Under the pieces are notes generated by a model. The model saw nothing but the letters and a program-made list of their open reading frames with translations, was not told where the DNA came from and made no database searches. The translations under genes were made by a program, and so were the position numbers. From Allofranklinella schreckenbergeri (GTDB taxonomy: Bacteria > Pseudomonadota > Gammaproteobacteria > Burkholderiales > Burkholderiaceae_C), in NCBI RefSeq assembly GCF_003703475.1, contig NZ_RDQM01000001.1, positions 147,044 to 211,043 of the forward strand: a stretch of DNA of 64,000 bases, given 5' to 3'. Position 1 is the first letter of the stretch. Every line of letters begins with the position of its first letter. Of the stretch, positions 26,458 to 34,556 are shown one piece after another.

Positions 26458-27336
26458 TCAGCCCAAAACGCCTTGGCTGCGTAGCTGGAAAACGTTGCGG
26501 TACACCTGATGCAGGCGATTTCCATAGTTTACTTGCGTATTCTGGCAGTTCATGTACCGAGAAGCTGCAGGCACATCCACAGGGCGCGAACCCACCATAT
26601 CCAGACAGACCTCCACCGCAATCACATCAGCCCAATTGGTCACTTCAGAGGCTAAAGCCCGCTGAATCGTGGGTGTGCCGCTGGCTGCACCAGCCTGAAC
26701 GTAATAGCGAACCTGAAAATCCGCGACATCCTGAATAATGGCTTGAGGCTGCCCCCCCACGCCACTGCAAACCAACTCGTTACCGCGCAAAGCAAAGCGG
26801 CTGATAATTCGAGGGAAATTGGCGCCACCGGAAGAAGTGGCGCCCCCTCCTTCTCCAAGGCAATCTCTAAATAAGCTCCCTGGAGCAGAAGCGCCTGTTA
26901 ATCGTTCTGCATAGTTTTGGTGCCCTACACTCAACGCAAATTCAGTGGCATTAGGCGCATCTATGCCATTAATGATTTGGCTCCATTGGTTATAGCCAAC
27001 CTGAAACGCCACCTTCGTATTCGGCGATAAACTAGCGCTGGTCCCTTGGCCGGTTTCCACATCCAAATTCAGCTCCAACGAACCTGCTTGGCGGATTTGC
27101 TGCCCCAGCACACGGAAAGCATACGAAGCCTGCTGCTGAAGCTGGGCCGCCTCGCTCACCGTAGTGGTCGCCCCACGGGACACTATGACTGCACCCATTG
27201 CCACCGCCACAATCAGCATCCCGATGGTGATACCCACCATCAATTCCACAAGCGTCACGCCAGCTTGATGCCTCACAAAAGCTATTTCAGAATGCTCTCT
27301 TGGCAGGCCCGAAGTTATCAAGGATTTTCGCAACAT
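26458..27336 (-). CDS. pilW: Type IV pilus assembly protein PilW (minor pilin)
   Basis: Prepilin-type N-terminus (GVTLVELMVGITIGMLIVA); size and operon context. Confidence 0.75.
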   Translation of the reverse strand: MLRKSLITSGLPREHSEIAFVRHQAGVTLVELMVGITIGMLIVAVAMGAVIVSRGATTTVSEAAQLQQQASYAFRVLGQQIRQAGSLELNLDVETGQGTSASLSPNTKVAFQVGYNQWSQIINGIDAPNATEFALSVGHQNYAERLTGASAPGSLFRDCLGEGGGATSSGGANFPRIISRFALRGNELVCSGVGGQPQAIIQDVADFQVRYYVQAGAASGTPTIQRALASEVTNWADVIAVEVCLDMVGSRPVDVPAASRYMNCQNTQVNYGNRLHQVYRNVFQLRSQGVLG

Positions 27337-27366
27337 ATCAATCCCCCACCAATAAAAAACTCGATT

Positions 27367-28032
27367 TCAGGAGTTGTTAATCTGTTTCACGCTGCCATCT
27401 GCACAGTAAGGCCGTGCAACGCCTGAGTTTGAGTTGGCAGTGCAGCGCGCCGCCAATTGAATGAATTGAAGATAGCAGGTGCGCCCTGCAGGGCAGGCAA
27501 CGACAGCCCCGCTTGCATTCCGACTGGAAAGCCGAAAATATTTATTGAAATTGGTTTCCTCAGAGACACCAGCAGATTCATTTTCTCTCCAGGAAATCAT
27601 GACGCCAAGCTGGCGATTATTTCCGGCAGATGTCCCGCTTTCATCATTCACAAAAAATACATTTGCATCCGCCAAAGGCAAAATTTCCGTCACATTTTTT
27701 TTCCATTGCTCAATATCCCATTGAGCCAAGGTTGCAGAATCGCACCCATTCGTGCAATTGACCTGCGTCCCATTATCTCCCCAGCCAACCAGATACTTGG
27801 ATGCTGTGCCAGAGGAAAAAGAATTGGGATTCATGCGCAAACGCTCACTCAGGTTTTCAACCAACCGAATAGCTTGCGCTTGCCGCACCGCAGCCTGCGT
27901 ATTGTTCATGGTGCGCATCTGCATACCCAGTATGCCCAGAATGCCTAAAGCCGTCACCAAAACGGCAACCAGGGCCTCAATCAGAGAAACACCGTTTTGG
28001 CGTGCAATGGAGGGGAAATTTGGCTGTTTCAT
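27367..28032 (-). CDS. pilV: Type IV pilus modification protein PilV (minor pilin)
   Basis: Prepilin-type N-terminus (NGVSLIEALVAVLVTALGIL). Start refined to MKQPNFPS. Confidence 0.78.
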   Translation of the reverse strand: MKQPNFPSIARQNGVSLIEALVAVLVTALGILGILGMQMRTMNNTQAAVRQAQAIRLVENLSERLRMNPNSFSSGTASKYLVGWGDNGTQVNCTNGCDSATLAQWDIEQWKKNVTEILPLADANVFFVNDESGTSAGNNRQLGVMISWRENESAGVSEETNFNKYFRLSSRNASGAVVACPAGRTCYLQFIQLAARCTANSNSGVARPYCADGSVKQINNS

Positions 28033-28058
28033 AAATGACTCACCCAATAAGTAGCCAA

Positions 28059-28613
28059 TTAACAAGTCGACCCTGCCGAAGGATGGACGCGAACAGTGCC
28101 GCCTGGGCTGATACAAATATTCATCGCAGAAGGATCGCTCACCGTCTTGCCCGCCGGCGTCACGCTAAAACCAAATGCAGCGCCAAAAGTTCCACGGGAA
28201 TCCACTCTGATCTTTCCGGTATCCGTACCAGTACGCGTAATCGCCACTTTGGCGGGAGCGTCGTAGCGCTGCAAAATGGGCACGCCGCTGTCACAGGCTT
28301 CATCGCCATTGGTATCGACGCAAACCTGCCACCCGCAATTCCATCCATTTGCACTACACGAACCGCTTGGCAAGCTCTCGATCACGGCCCCACCGCGCTT
28401 GATGGCTTCGGAGCGAGCGAAATACAGCGTGGACTGAAAAATTTCGCTGGCTTGACGAACGCGCCAGCGCTCCATCAAGGGAGTGAAGTTGGGCGCTGCA
28501 ATTGCAGCCAGTATTGCGAGAATGGAGATCACCGTCAGCAACTCCACCAGCGTGAAACCTGCTGGCGACTGGATACGGCGAGGCGACAAGTGAAATAAGA
28601 CAGTGGGACGCAT
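28059..28613 (-). CDS. fimT: Type IV minor pilin FimT/FimU (GspH family)
   Basis: Prepilin leader with G|FTLVELLTVISILAILAAIAAP; first gene of the minor-pilin operon. Confidence 0.75.
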   Translation of the reverse strand: MRPTVLFHLSPRRIQSPAGFTLVELLTVISILAILAAIAAPNFTPLMERWRVRQASEIFQSTLYFARSEAIKRGGAVIESLPSGSCSANGWNCGWQVCVDTNGDEACDSGVPILQRYDAPAKVAITRTGTDTGKIRVDSRGTFGAAFGFSVTPAGKTVSDPSAMNICISPGGTVRVHPSAGSTC

Positions 28614-28789
28614 GGCAATAACTCTCTATATCCCGAGCATTCTCCCTACAAACCGCCTTGGCTAGCCATGCCCCACCGACTAGCGGTAGGGCCTGTGTGA
28701 TGAGTGGGCATATGCGCTTTTGGTGCCCCTGCAAAAAATGCCCACCACTCAAAACACAGCACAGCCGCATTTGCCATAGGGCTTCACGA

Positions 28790-30469
28790 TCAAGACTCGT
28801 GACGTTGAAAGCCCTCTTGCAGCGCCGCCCAGCTCAGCCCAAAGCGGGCCAGGTATTTGCGCAGGCGGTCGCTGTCGTTGGCGGTGCTGCGCCGGGTGCG
28901 CGAGTGGTTGAAGAGCTGGCGGCCGGCGTCGGCCAGGCTGGCGCTGCGCTGGCACAGGGCGATAACGGCGCGCAGTTGCAGGCGGTCGAACAGGTCCAGC
29001 GCGGCCAGCCGTTCGGGCCCGAGCAGGGCGTTCAGGCGTGCGTCCAGCGCATCTTCGCCGCTGCCGTGGTTGGTGGCAGTGCTATCGGCGTCATTGCCAG
29101 CGGGCGCAGCGCCGACCCCGGCCTTGCCGTGCCACAGCCATTCGAGGCGGGCGATTTCGGCTTCGACCAGGGCGCTGCCGATGCGGCCGCCTTCGGCCAG
29201 AGTGGCCAGGCGGGTGATGCTGGCGGCCAGGTCGCGGAAGTTGCCGCGCCAGGGCGCCCTGGACGATTGGGCAAAGGCGAGATAGCGCGCCCGCGCCTCG
29301 CTGCTCAAGCGCGCCAGGCGGCCGTCTTCGCTGGCGTGGCGCGCGAGCAGGTGGTCGATGTTGGGCTCGATGTCCTCGGGCCGCTCGGCCAGGCCGGGCA
29401 GGTGGTAGGTCCAGAGGTTGATGCGCGCGAACAAGTCTTCGCGAAAACGCCCGGCGGCTACCTCGGCGCGCAGGTCGCGGTGGGTGCCAGCGATGAGCTG
29501 GAAGTCGCTTTCCACTTCCTGGTCGCTGCCCATCGGGTAGAAGCGTTTTTCTTCCACGGCCTTGAGCAGCATGGCCTGCTCGTCCAGGCCCAGCTCGCCG
29601 ATTTCGTCGAGAAACAGCACCCCGCCATTGGCGCTGCGCAGCAGCCCGGCGCGGTCGGCGGCGGCGCCGGTGAAGGCGCCTTTTTTGTGGCCGAACAGGG
29701 TGGAGGCGGCGCCATCGCCGCGCAGGGTGGCGCAGTTGACTTCGACAAAGGCGCCTTGCACCTGGTGGCGGGCTTTTTTCAGCTCGTACATGCGCCGCGC
29801 CAGATGCGATTTGCCCGCGCCAGTGGGGCCAGCCAGCAGGATGGGCGCGCGCGAGCGCACCGCCACGCGCTCGATTTCGTCGATCAGCGCATTGAAGCGC
29901 GCATTGCGCGTGGCAATGCCGCTTTTGAGGTGCGTGCGCGCCTCGTGCCGGGCCTGACGAAAGCGCTGGGCCAGGGCGTCGTAGCGCGAAAGATCCAGGT
30001 CGATCAGGGTGAAGCTGCCGGGCAGCTGGCCGTTTTGCCGCCGGGGCGGGCTGGTTTGCAGCAGCACGCCGGGGATGAAGCGCGCCTCCACCAGCAGGAA
30101 CAGGCAGATCTGCGCCACGTGGGTGCCGGTGGTGATGTGTACTCGGTAGTCTTCGCGCGCGCTGTCGAAGGGGTAGCTGCGCGCCCAGTCGTACAGGCCG
30201 GCATAGACCTCGCCGAAGTCCCAGGGGTCGCTCACCTCCATCGGGACGAGCTTGACCTGGGTCGCGGGCGACAGCTCGGCAATGTCGGCCAGCACGCGGT
30301 CGGCCAGGCGCTGATAGCGGCTGGCGTAGAACAACTCCAGACGGTCCACCGGCCAGGCCGTTTGCTGCACCAGCGACACCGTGGGCCGCCATTTCTCCCA
30401 CCGGCCCCGGCCGCCGCCTGCATCAAGCTGTGTGCCTAGGTAGCCGATGACGACGTTTTTCTTGCGCAT
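28790..30469 (-). CDS. rtcR: Sigma-54-dependent transcriptional activator RtcR (N-terminal CARF-like sensor domain, AAA+ domain, C-terminal HTH)
   Basis: Collinear with E. coli RtcR over the full length (MRKKNVVIGYLGTQLDAGGGRGRWEKWRPT.., GPTGAGKSHLARR, GAFTGA, ESDFQLIAGT, C-terminal DRLRKYLARFGL). Divergent from a sigma-54 promoter. Confidence 0.9.
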   Translation of the reverse strand: MRKKNVVIGYLGTQLDAGGGRGRWEKWRPTVSLVQQTAWPVDRLELFYASRYQRLADRVLADIAELSPATQVKLVPMEVSDPWDFGEVYAGLYDWARSYPFDSAREDYRVHITTGTHVAQICLFLLVEARFIPGVLLQTSPPRRQNGQLPGSFTLIDLDLSRYDALAQRFRQARHEARTHLKSGIATRNARFNALIDEIERVAVRSRAPILLAGPTGAGKSHLARRMYELKKARHQVQGAFVEVNCATLRGDGAASTLFGHKKGAFTGAAADRAGLLRSANGGVLFLDEIGELGLDEQAMLLKAVEEKRFYPMGSDQEVESDFQLIAGTHRDLRAEVAAGRFREDLFARINLWTYHLPGLAERPEDIEPNIDHLLARHASEDGRLARLSSEARARYLAFAQSSRAPWRGNFRDLAASITRLATLAEGGRIGSALVEAEIARLEWLWHGKAGVGAAPAGNDADSTATNHGSGEDALDARLNALLGPERLAALDLFDRLQLRAVIALCQRSASLADAGRQLFNHSRTRRSTANDSDRLRKYLARFGLSWAALQEGFQRHES

Positions 30470-30591
30470 ATCGAATCTAGATTAAAAGATAGAAATGATG
30501 AATTGATTCGCCAATATTCTATTTTCAGCCATGCAGCCCATCACCCTTGCGCCCTTTCCCGCTTCGGGTCATAAAAATAATTTCTCTTTCA

Positions 30592-30604
30592 AATCAATGG
30601 GTTG
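30592..30604 (+). promoter_or_regulatory. Candidate IHF site (AATCAAtgggTTG) between the rtcR upstream region and the sigma-54 promoter
   Basis: Fits WATCAA-N4-TTR. An AT-rich bend region about 30 bp upstream of -24 is typical of sigma-54 promoters. Confidence 0.4.
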
Positions 30605-30633
30605 AAGATGATTTGCACCCGTTTGGGGCGACC

Positions 30634-30649
30634 TGGCACGGCCTTTGCA
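30634..30649 (+). promoter_or_regulatory. Sigma-54 (-24/-12) promoter TGGCACG-N4-TTGCA, divergent from rtcR
   Basis: Near-perfect match to the TGGCACG-N4-TTGCW consensus, oriented rightward. Predicted TSS near 30660, directly upstream of the tRNA-like elements. Confidence 0.75.
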
Positions 30650-30805
30650 ATTCACCAGAGCGTCAGGCGTATGCACCAGTCGCTCGCAGGCCAGGGTTGG
30701 GGCCAAAGGCCCGCCCTGCCGGTGCCGGTGGCCGCCCGCTGAGGCTGATGAGGCCGACATGGGCGTTGCGCATCCGGTATGCCGCGCGGCGTAGGCGTCT
30801 GACAC

Positions 30806-30861
30806 GGCATGGGCCGTTTGGGGCCACCTTCGTGTCCGGTTCGACTCCGGGCATGCCTCCA
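30806..30861 (+). ncRNA. tRNA-like mini-element: 6-bp acceptor-like stem (GGCATG../..CATGCC), 24-nt connector, perfect T-arm (CCGG-TTCGACT-CCGG), discriminator and CCA; no D or anticodon arms (candidate Y-RNA-like / YrlA-like module)
   Basis: Read directly from the sequence, about 150 nt downstream of the sigma-54 TSS. Too short to be a tRNA. Confidence 0.5.
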
Positions 30862-30932
30862 CTGGTAGCTCAGTTGGATAGAGCAACGTGCTGATAACAC
30901 GTGTGTCGCGGGTTCGACTCCCGCCCATCCTT
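30859..30932 (+). ncRNA. Pseudo-tRNA (tRNA-Ile-GAU-like) with intact D-arm, anticodon arm, variable loop and T-arm (GCGGG-TTCGACT-CCCGC) but a non-pairing acceptor stem and no CCA
   Basis: TAGCTCAGTTGGATAGAGC D-arm, ACGTG-CTGATAA-CACGT anticodon arm, and GGTTCGACTCC T-arm all found. The 5' CCACTGG cannot pair with the 3' CCATCCT, so the element cannot be aminoacylated. Confidence 0.55.
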
Positions 30933-31426
30933 CCCCAGCTGCAAGGCTGGCTACAAGTGAAACGGTCGCAAGACCACCCGCCGAACCGTGGCGGGCCGGG
31001 CAGAGCAGGGCCTTTGGGCCTTGAGCTGCACCGGCCAGCCACACGCCCTGGCGGCTTTGCGCTGGCGGCGTCCGGTTACGTGCTTACACGCAACCGGGCG
31101 CAGGCCGCGGGGCCGCGGCGGCATGGCCAGCCGGGCCGGATGCGCGTGTTTTGTCGCGCCATCCCACCCCGGCCCGCCATGCCCCGCGCCCGCGCCACGC
31201 CAGCCCGTCGCCAGAGCCTGCTCAGCGTCTCGGAGCGAGTGGGCAAGAAGCGGTTTGGGATGGGCTGCAAGGCGCAAAACGCAGCCGGGCCGGTTGGCCC
31301 GGCGAGGCTTTGCAACGCAGCAGATCGCCCAAATCCGCTTCATGGCCCGCCGTGCAGAGACGTTGAACAGGCTCTCGGGCGAGGTTCGGCACCCTTTGAC
31401 GTTGTTGTTGCGAGAGAGAAGAAAAC

Positions 31427-32573
31427 CATGAAAACCTACGGCTACAAAACCTTCCAGGTGAACAAAAACGAGCGCGGCCTGTTGCTGCGCGGCGGCGACT
31501 TCGCGCGCGTGCTGGGCCCCGGCAAGCACCGCATCTGGGCCTTGGGCGAGGCGCTGCAGGTGCAGCGCTTCGGGCAGGACGCGCCAGCCTTCACCCACCC
31601 GCTGGCCGACTACCTGATGGCGCACGAGCCCGAGGTGCTGGCCCAGCACTTCGTGCGCGCCGAGCTGGGCGAATCGGAAGTGGGCTTGCGCTACGAGGAC
31701 GGCCTGCTGGCCGAAGTGCTGCCTCCCGGCACCCGCCGCCTGTACTGGAAGCACCTGCACGAAGTGCGCGTGGAGGTGCTGCCACTGCCGGCTGACGCCC
31801 GCATCGCGCCCGAGCTGGCCGCGCGCCTGCAACAAATGGCCGAGCGCCGCGGCCCGGCCAGCCTGGCCGGCGGCGTGCTGCTGACGCAGGTGCCGCAGTT
31901 CCACACCGGCCTGCTGTGGCTGGACGGTCAGTTGCAGGCCGCGCTGGCGCCCGGCGTGCACGGCTTCTGGCGCTTTGGCCGCAGCCTGGCGGTGGAGGTG
32001 GTGGACCTGCGCGCCCAAACCGCCGAGGTCGCCGGGCAAGACATCCTCACCCGCGACAAAGTCGGCCTGCGCCTGAACCTGGCCGCCGTGTGGCGCTATG
32101 CCGACGTGCAGGCCGCCTTCGCACAACTGCCCAAGCCGGCCGAGCACGTTTACCGCGAGCTGCAATTCGCGCTGCGCGCCGCCGTCGGCCAGCGCACGCT
32201 CGATGTCCTGCTGGACGACAAGGCCGCCATCGACAGCGCCGTGCTGCAAGCCGTGCGCGCCAAGCTCGCCGACTGCGGCATCGCGCTGGAGAGCGTGGGC
32301 GTCAAAGACATCATCCTGCCCGGTGAGATGCGCAGCATCCTGGCGCAAGTGGTCGAGGCCGAAAAGGCCGCCCAGGCCAACGTCATCCGCCGCCGCGAGG
32401 AAACGGCGGCCACCCGCTCCCTGCTCAACACCGCCAAGGTCATGGAAGACAACCCCGTGGCCCTGCGCATGAAAGAGCTGGAAACCCTGGAGCGCGTGGC
32501 CGAGCGCATCGACAAGATCTCCGTCGTGGGCGGGCTGGATCAGGTCTTGAACGGGCTGGTCAAGCTGCGTTGA
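31427..32573 (+). CDS. Cytoplasmic SPFH/band-7 domain protein (stomatin/prohibitin-like C-terminal half, about 190-aa N-terminal extension, no TM helix)
   Basis: RBS agagaag-N6-ATG. The C-terminal half has SPFH features (ILTRDKVGLRLNLAAVWRY..IALESVGVKDIILPGEMRSILAQVVEAEKAAQANVIRRREETAATRSLL). The track ORF 30888..32573 is a 5' over-extension. Confidence 0.75.
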
Positions 32574-32851
32574 AGGGAGGTTGAACGTTGAACGTTCGGC
32601 GTTCAACCTGCCCCGACAGTTTTTTTGACACACAAAGGATTTCAGGGCGCGCTGGCACAGAAGGGAGCGCCACTGCCAAAAATGTTTGTGAACAACCGGC
32701 AGTCCGGGTAACACCGGGTGCGGCAGGCAAGTTGGTTGGCGAGCAAGGTTGAGGATGCAGGTGCTGGCTCCGATGACGGGTCTGTCACTGGCGCGCGTTT
32801 CCAATCGCCGACTGGGCCAGTGGATTCGAACACCCTGGTTGCTGCACTGAT

Positions 32852-32879
32852 GCGGGTTCGAATCCCGTCGCGTCCACCA
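32852..32879 (+). ncRNA. tRNA 3'-end fragment (T-arm GCGGG-TTCGAAT-CCCGT, acceptor 3' strand CGCGTCC, discriminator A, CCA); no matching 5' half
   Basis: A perfect T-loop plus CCA end, but no complementary acceptor 5' strand. A second inverted T-loop-like piece (TGGATTCGAACACC) lies at 32821..32834. Confidence 0.45.
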
Positions 32880-32912
32880 ACACCCACAAGAAAAACACCA
32901 TGAGGCACGCCC

Positions 32913-33683
32913 ATGAAAAGCGCACGTAAACCCAAGCGTACCACAGCGCCAGACTGGACGCCACAGGCCATGGGTCTGGCAGAAGACAAATACCAGGCAG
33001 CCTTGCGCTACCTGTTCGACCGACCTGTGCCTGCCCGGCATGGGCAAGAGTGGTACTGGAACTGGGATGGAACGGAGGCCCCGTTCGACGCCACCCCGCT
33101 GGAGTGGACGCGCATCCAGACGGTGCTGTTTGCCAACGCGGGGCGCGACTTGGCGCCCTACAGCGACGAGCAAGTCGGCATGGGCCTGCACCATGTCATG
33201 AGCAACGATGCGGGCGATATTCCACTGGCCGCCATCGACCCCAGCGTACCGCTGGCCGAAGCCATGCGCATGATGCAGGCCTTCCCCAGGCTCTGGCAGG
33301 ACTGCATCGGCCCGCGCCTGGCGCATGCGCGCACCGCCATCGGCCATGAGCCAGGGCGGCTGGGCTTTGTCTGCTACATGTGGTTCGACGTCTGGCCCAC
33401 TTTCTACCTTGCCAGGCAGCGGTTCGAGAACCTGTCCGCGGTCTCGGCGCGAGAGGGCAAGGTATGGCGCGATGCGATGTGGCACGTGCTCTCGGCCATG
33501 CTGGACATGCCTTGCCGCGCCGTGCAAATCGCCGCCTTGCATGGACTGGGGCATGAGGGAGAGCATCTGCAACGCGAGCGGGAAATCCATGCGCGCATCG
33601 ACGGCTTCATTCAATCACTGCGCGGCCAGGACCAGGAACTGGCCGACTACGCCCGCGCCGCCCGGTGTGGGCAAGTGCTGTGA
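32913..33683 (+). CDS. Hypothetical protein (no recognisable domain)
   Basis: 256-aa ORF in the same orientation as the sigma-54 transcript. Codon usage consistent with the genome. Weak RBS. Confidence 0.4.
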   Translation: MKSARKPKRTTAPDWTPQAMGLAEDKYQAALRYLFDRPVPARHGQEWYWNWDGTEAPFDATPLEWTRIQTVLFANAGRDLAPYSDEQVGMGLHHVMSNDAGDIPLAAIDPSVPLAEAMRMMQAFPRLWQDCIGPRLAHARTAIGHEPGRLGFVCYMWFDVWPTFYLARQRFENLSAVSAREGKVWRDAMWHVLSAMLDMPCRAVQIAALHGLGHEGEHLQREREIHARIDGFIQSLRGQDQELADYARAARCGQVL

Positions 33684-33786
33684 GTACTTGAAGTCGACCA
33701 GCCGTCATGACACTGGGCATGCTTCCTCCGCAACAACAAGCCCGGGCCGGCTTTTGCGGGCGGCGAACAGAGCGTGTGCGGCTTTT

Positions 33787-34086
33787 TCAGGGCGCTTCGC
33801 GCGCCAGCACCGCAGCGGCCCGGGTTTGCCAGCCCTTGCCGGAGGCGCGCCAGCGCGCCAGCGCGTCGGGATCGAGCCGCAGCGTGACGGGCGTTTTGTG
33901 CACGGCCGCCACGCTGCCGACCGGGCGGCCTGCCTTGCGGCGCGCGGCAATGGCCTCGGGCGTGTGCACGGCGGCGGCCTCGCCGCGCGCGGCCTGGGCC
34001 AGCCCGCGCTCCAGCGAAGCCAGCAAGGCGGCGGTGTCGGCGTCCATGCCTTCTTCAATGGCAGGGGAGGTCGGTGTTTTAGACAT
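33787..34086 (-). CDS. Type II antitoxin, BrnA/DUF4415-like (RHH-type)
   Basis: C-terminal motif RLDPDALARWRASGKGWQTRAAAVL matches the GKGYQTRIN signature of BrnA-type antitoxins. Overlaps the upstream toxin gene by 8 nt. Start taken at MSKTPTSP. Confidence 0.6.
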   Translation of the reverse strand: MSKTPTSPAIEEGMDADTAALLASLERGLAQAARGEAAAVHTPEAIAARRKAGRPVGSVAAVHKTPVTLRLDPDALARWRASGKGWQTRAAAVLAREAP

Positions 34087-34405
34087 CGTATTTCTCCGCA
34101 AGGGCGCGCAGCAGGTGCGCGGGAATGTTTTCAATGCGGCCCTTGGTATAAGCCGTGATCAGCACCAGCTCGCCACGGGCATTGCGCACGTAGTAGATCA
34201 CGCGCGCGCCGCCGCGTTTGCCCTGCCCCTTGGCCGCCCAGCGCAGTTTGCGCAGGCCCTTGCTGTGCGGGATCAGATCGCCCGCATCGGGATGGCAGGA
34301 CAACCAGTCAATCAGCGCCCAACGGTCTTGTTCGCTCCAGATGCTGGCGGCGCTGACCTGGAATTCGGGGCTTTCAATGACGGTGAGCATAAATTGATTG
34401 TACAT
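34079..34405 (-). CDS. Type II toxin, RelE/ParE superfamily (HigB-like)
   Basis: 108 aa. Motif ..GGARVIYYVRNARGELVLITAYTKG is typical of RelE/HigB-fold toxins. The toxin precedes the antitoxin (higBA-like order). Confidence 0.65.
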   Translation of the reverse strand: MYNQFMLTVIESPEFQVSAASIWSEQDRWALIDWLSCHPDAGDLIPHSKGLRKLRWAAKGQGKRGGARVIYYVRNARGELVLITAYTKGRIENIPAHLLRALAEKYDV

Positions 34406-34412
34406 TCAATTA

Positions 34413-34432
34413 ATATGAATCGTGAACCGGCG
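34413..34432. promoter_or_regulatory. Imperfect palindrome TTGATTGTACATTCAATTAA in the toxin-antitoxin promoter region (candidate autoregulatory operator)
   Basis: Near-palindrome centred on GTAC, directly upstream of the toxin start on the minus strand. Confidence 0.4.
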
Positions 34433-34556
34433 AAACGGCCCATCCGTTTGACGGTTAAGCCTTCAAGCTGGAAAAACAGCGCCGCGCCCAACGACGCCGC
34501 CCATGGCGTGCGCAGGTGCGTTGCTTTATTGAAGAACGAGAAGCCAATCAACAGCC

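Noticed and set aside
28658-30439. 593-aa plus-strand ORF overlapping rtcR
   Set aside because: It is antisense to the strongly conserved rtcR and its translation has a low-complexity Ala/Gly/Gln-rich composition.
30660-30861. tmRNA or tRNA-Sec in the structured RNA ending in ...GCATGCC-T-CCA
   Set aside because: There is no tag-peptide reading frame or ANDENYALAA-like coding segment, no 8-bp acceptor or long variable arm typical of tRNA-Sec, and the body between acceptor and T-arm is only 24 nt.
30859-30932. A genuine tRNA-Ile(GAU) gene
   Set aside because: The D-arm, anticodon arm and T-arm are perfect, but the acceptor strands (5' CCACTGG versus 3' CCATCCT) cannot pair in any register and no CCA or processing context is present. 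It is annotated as a pseudo-tRNA / tRNA-like element.
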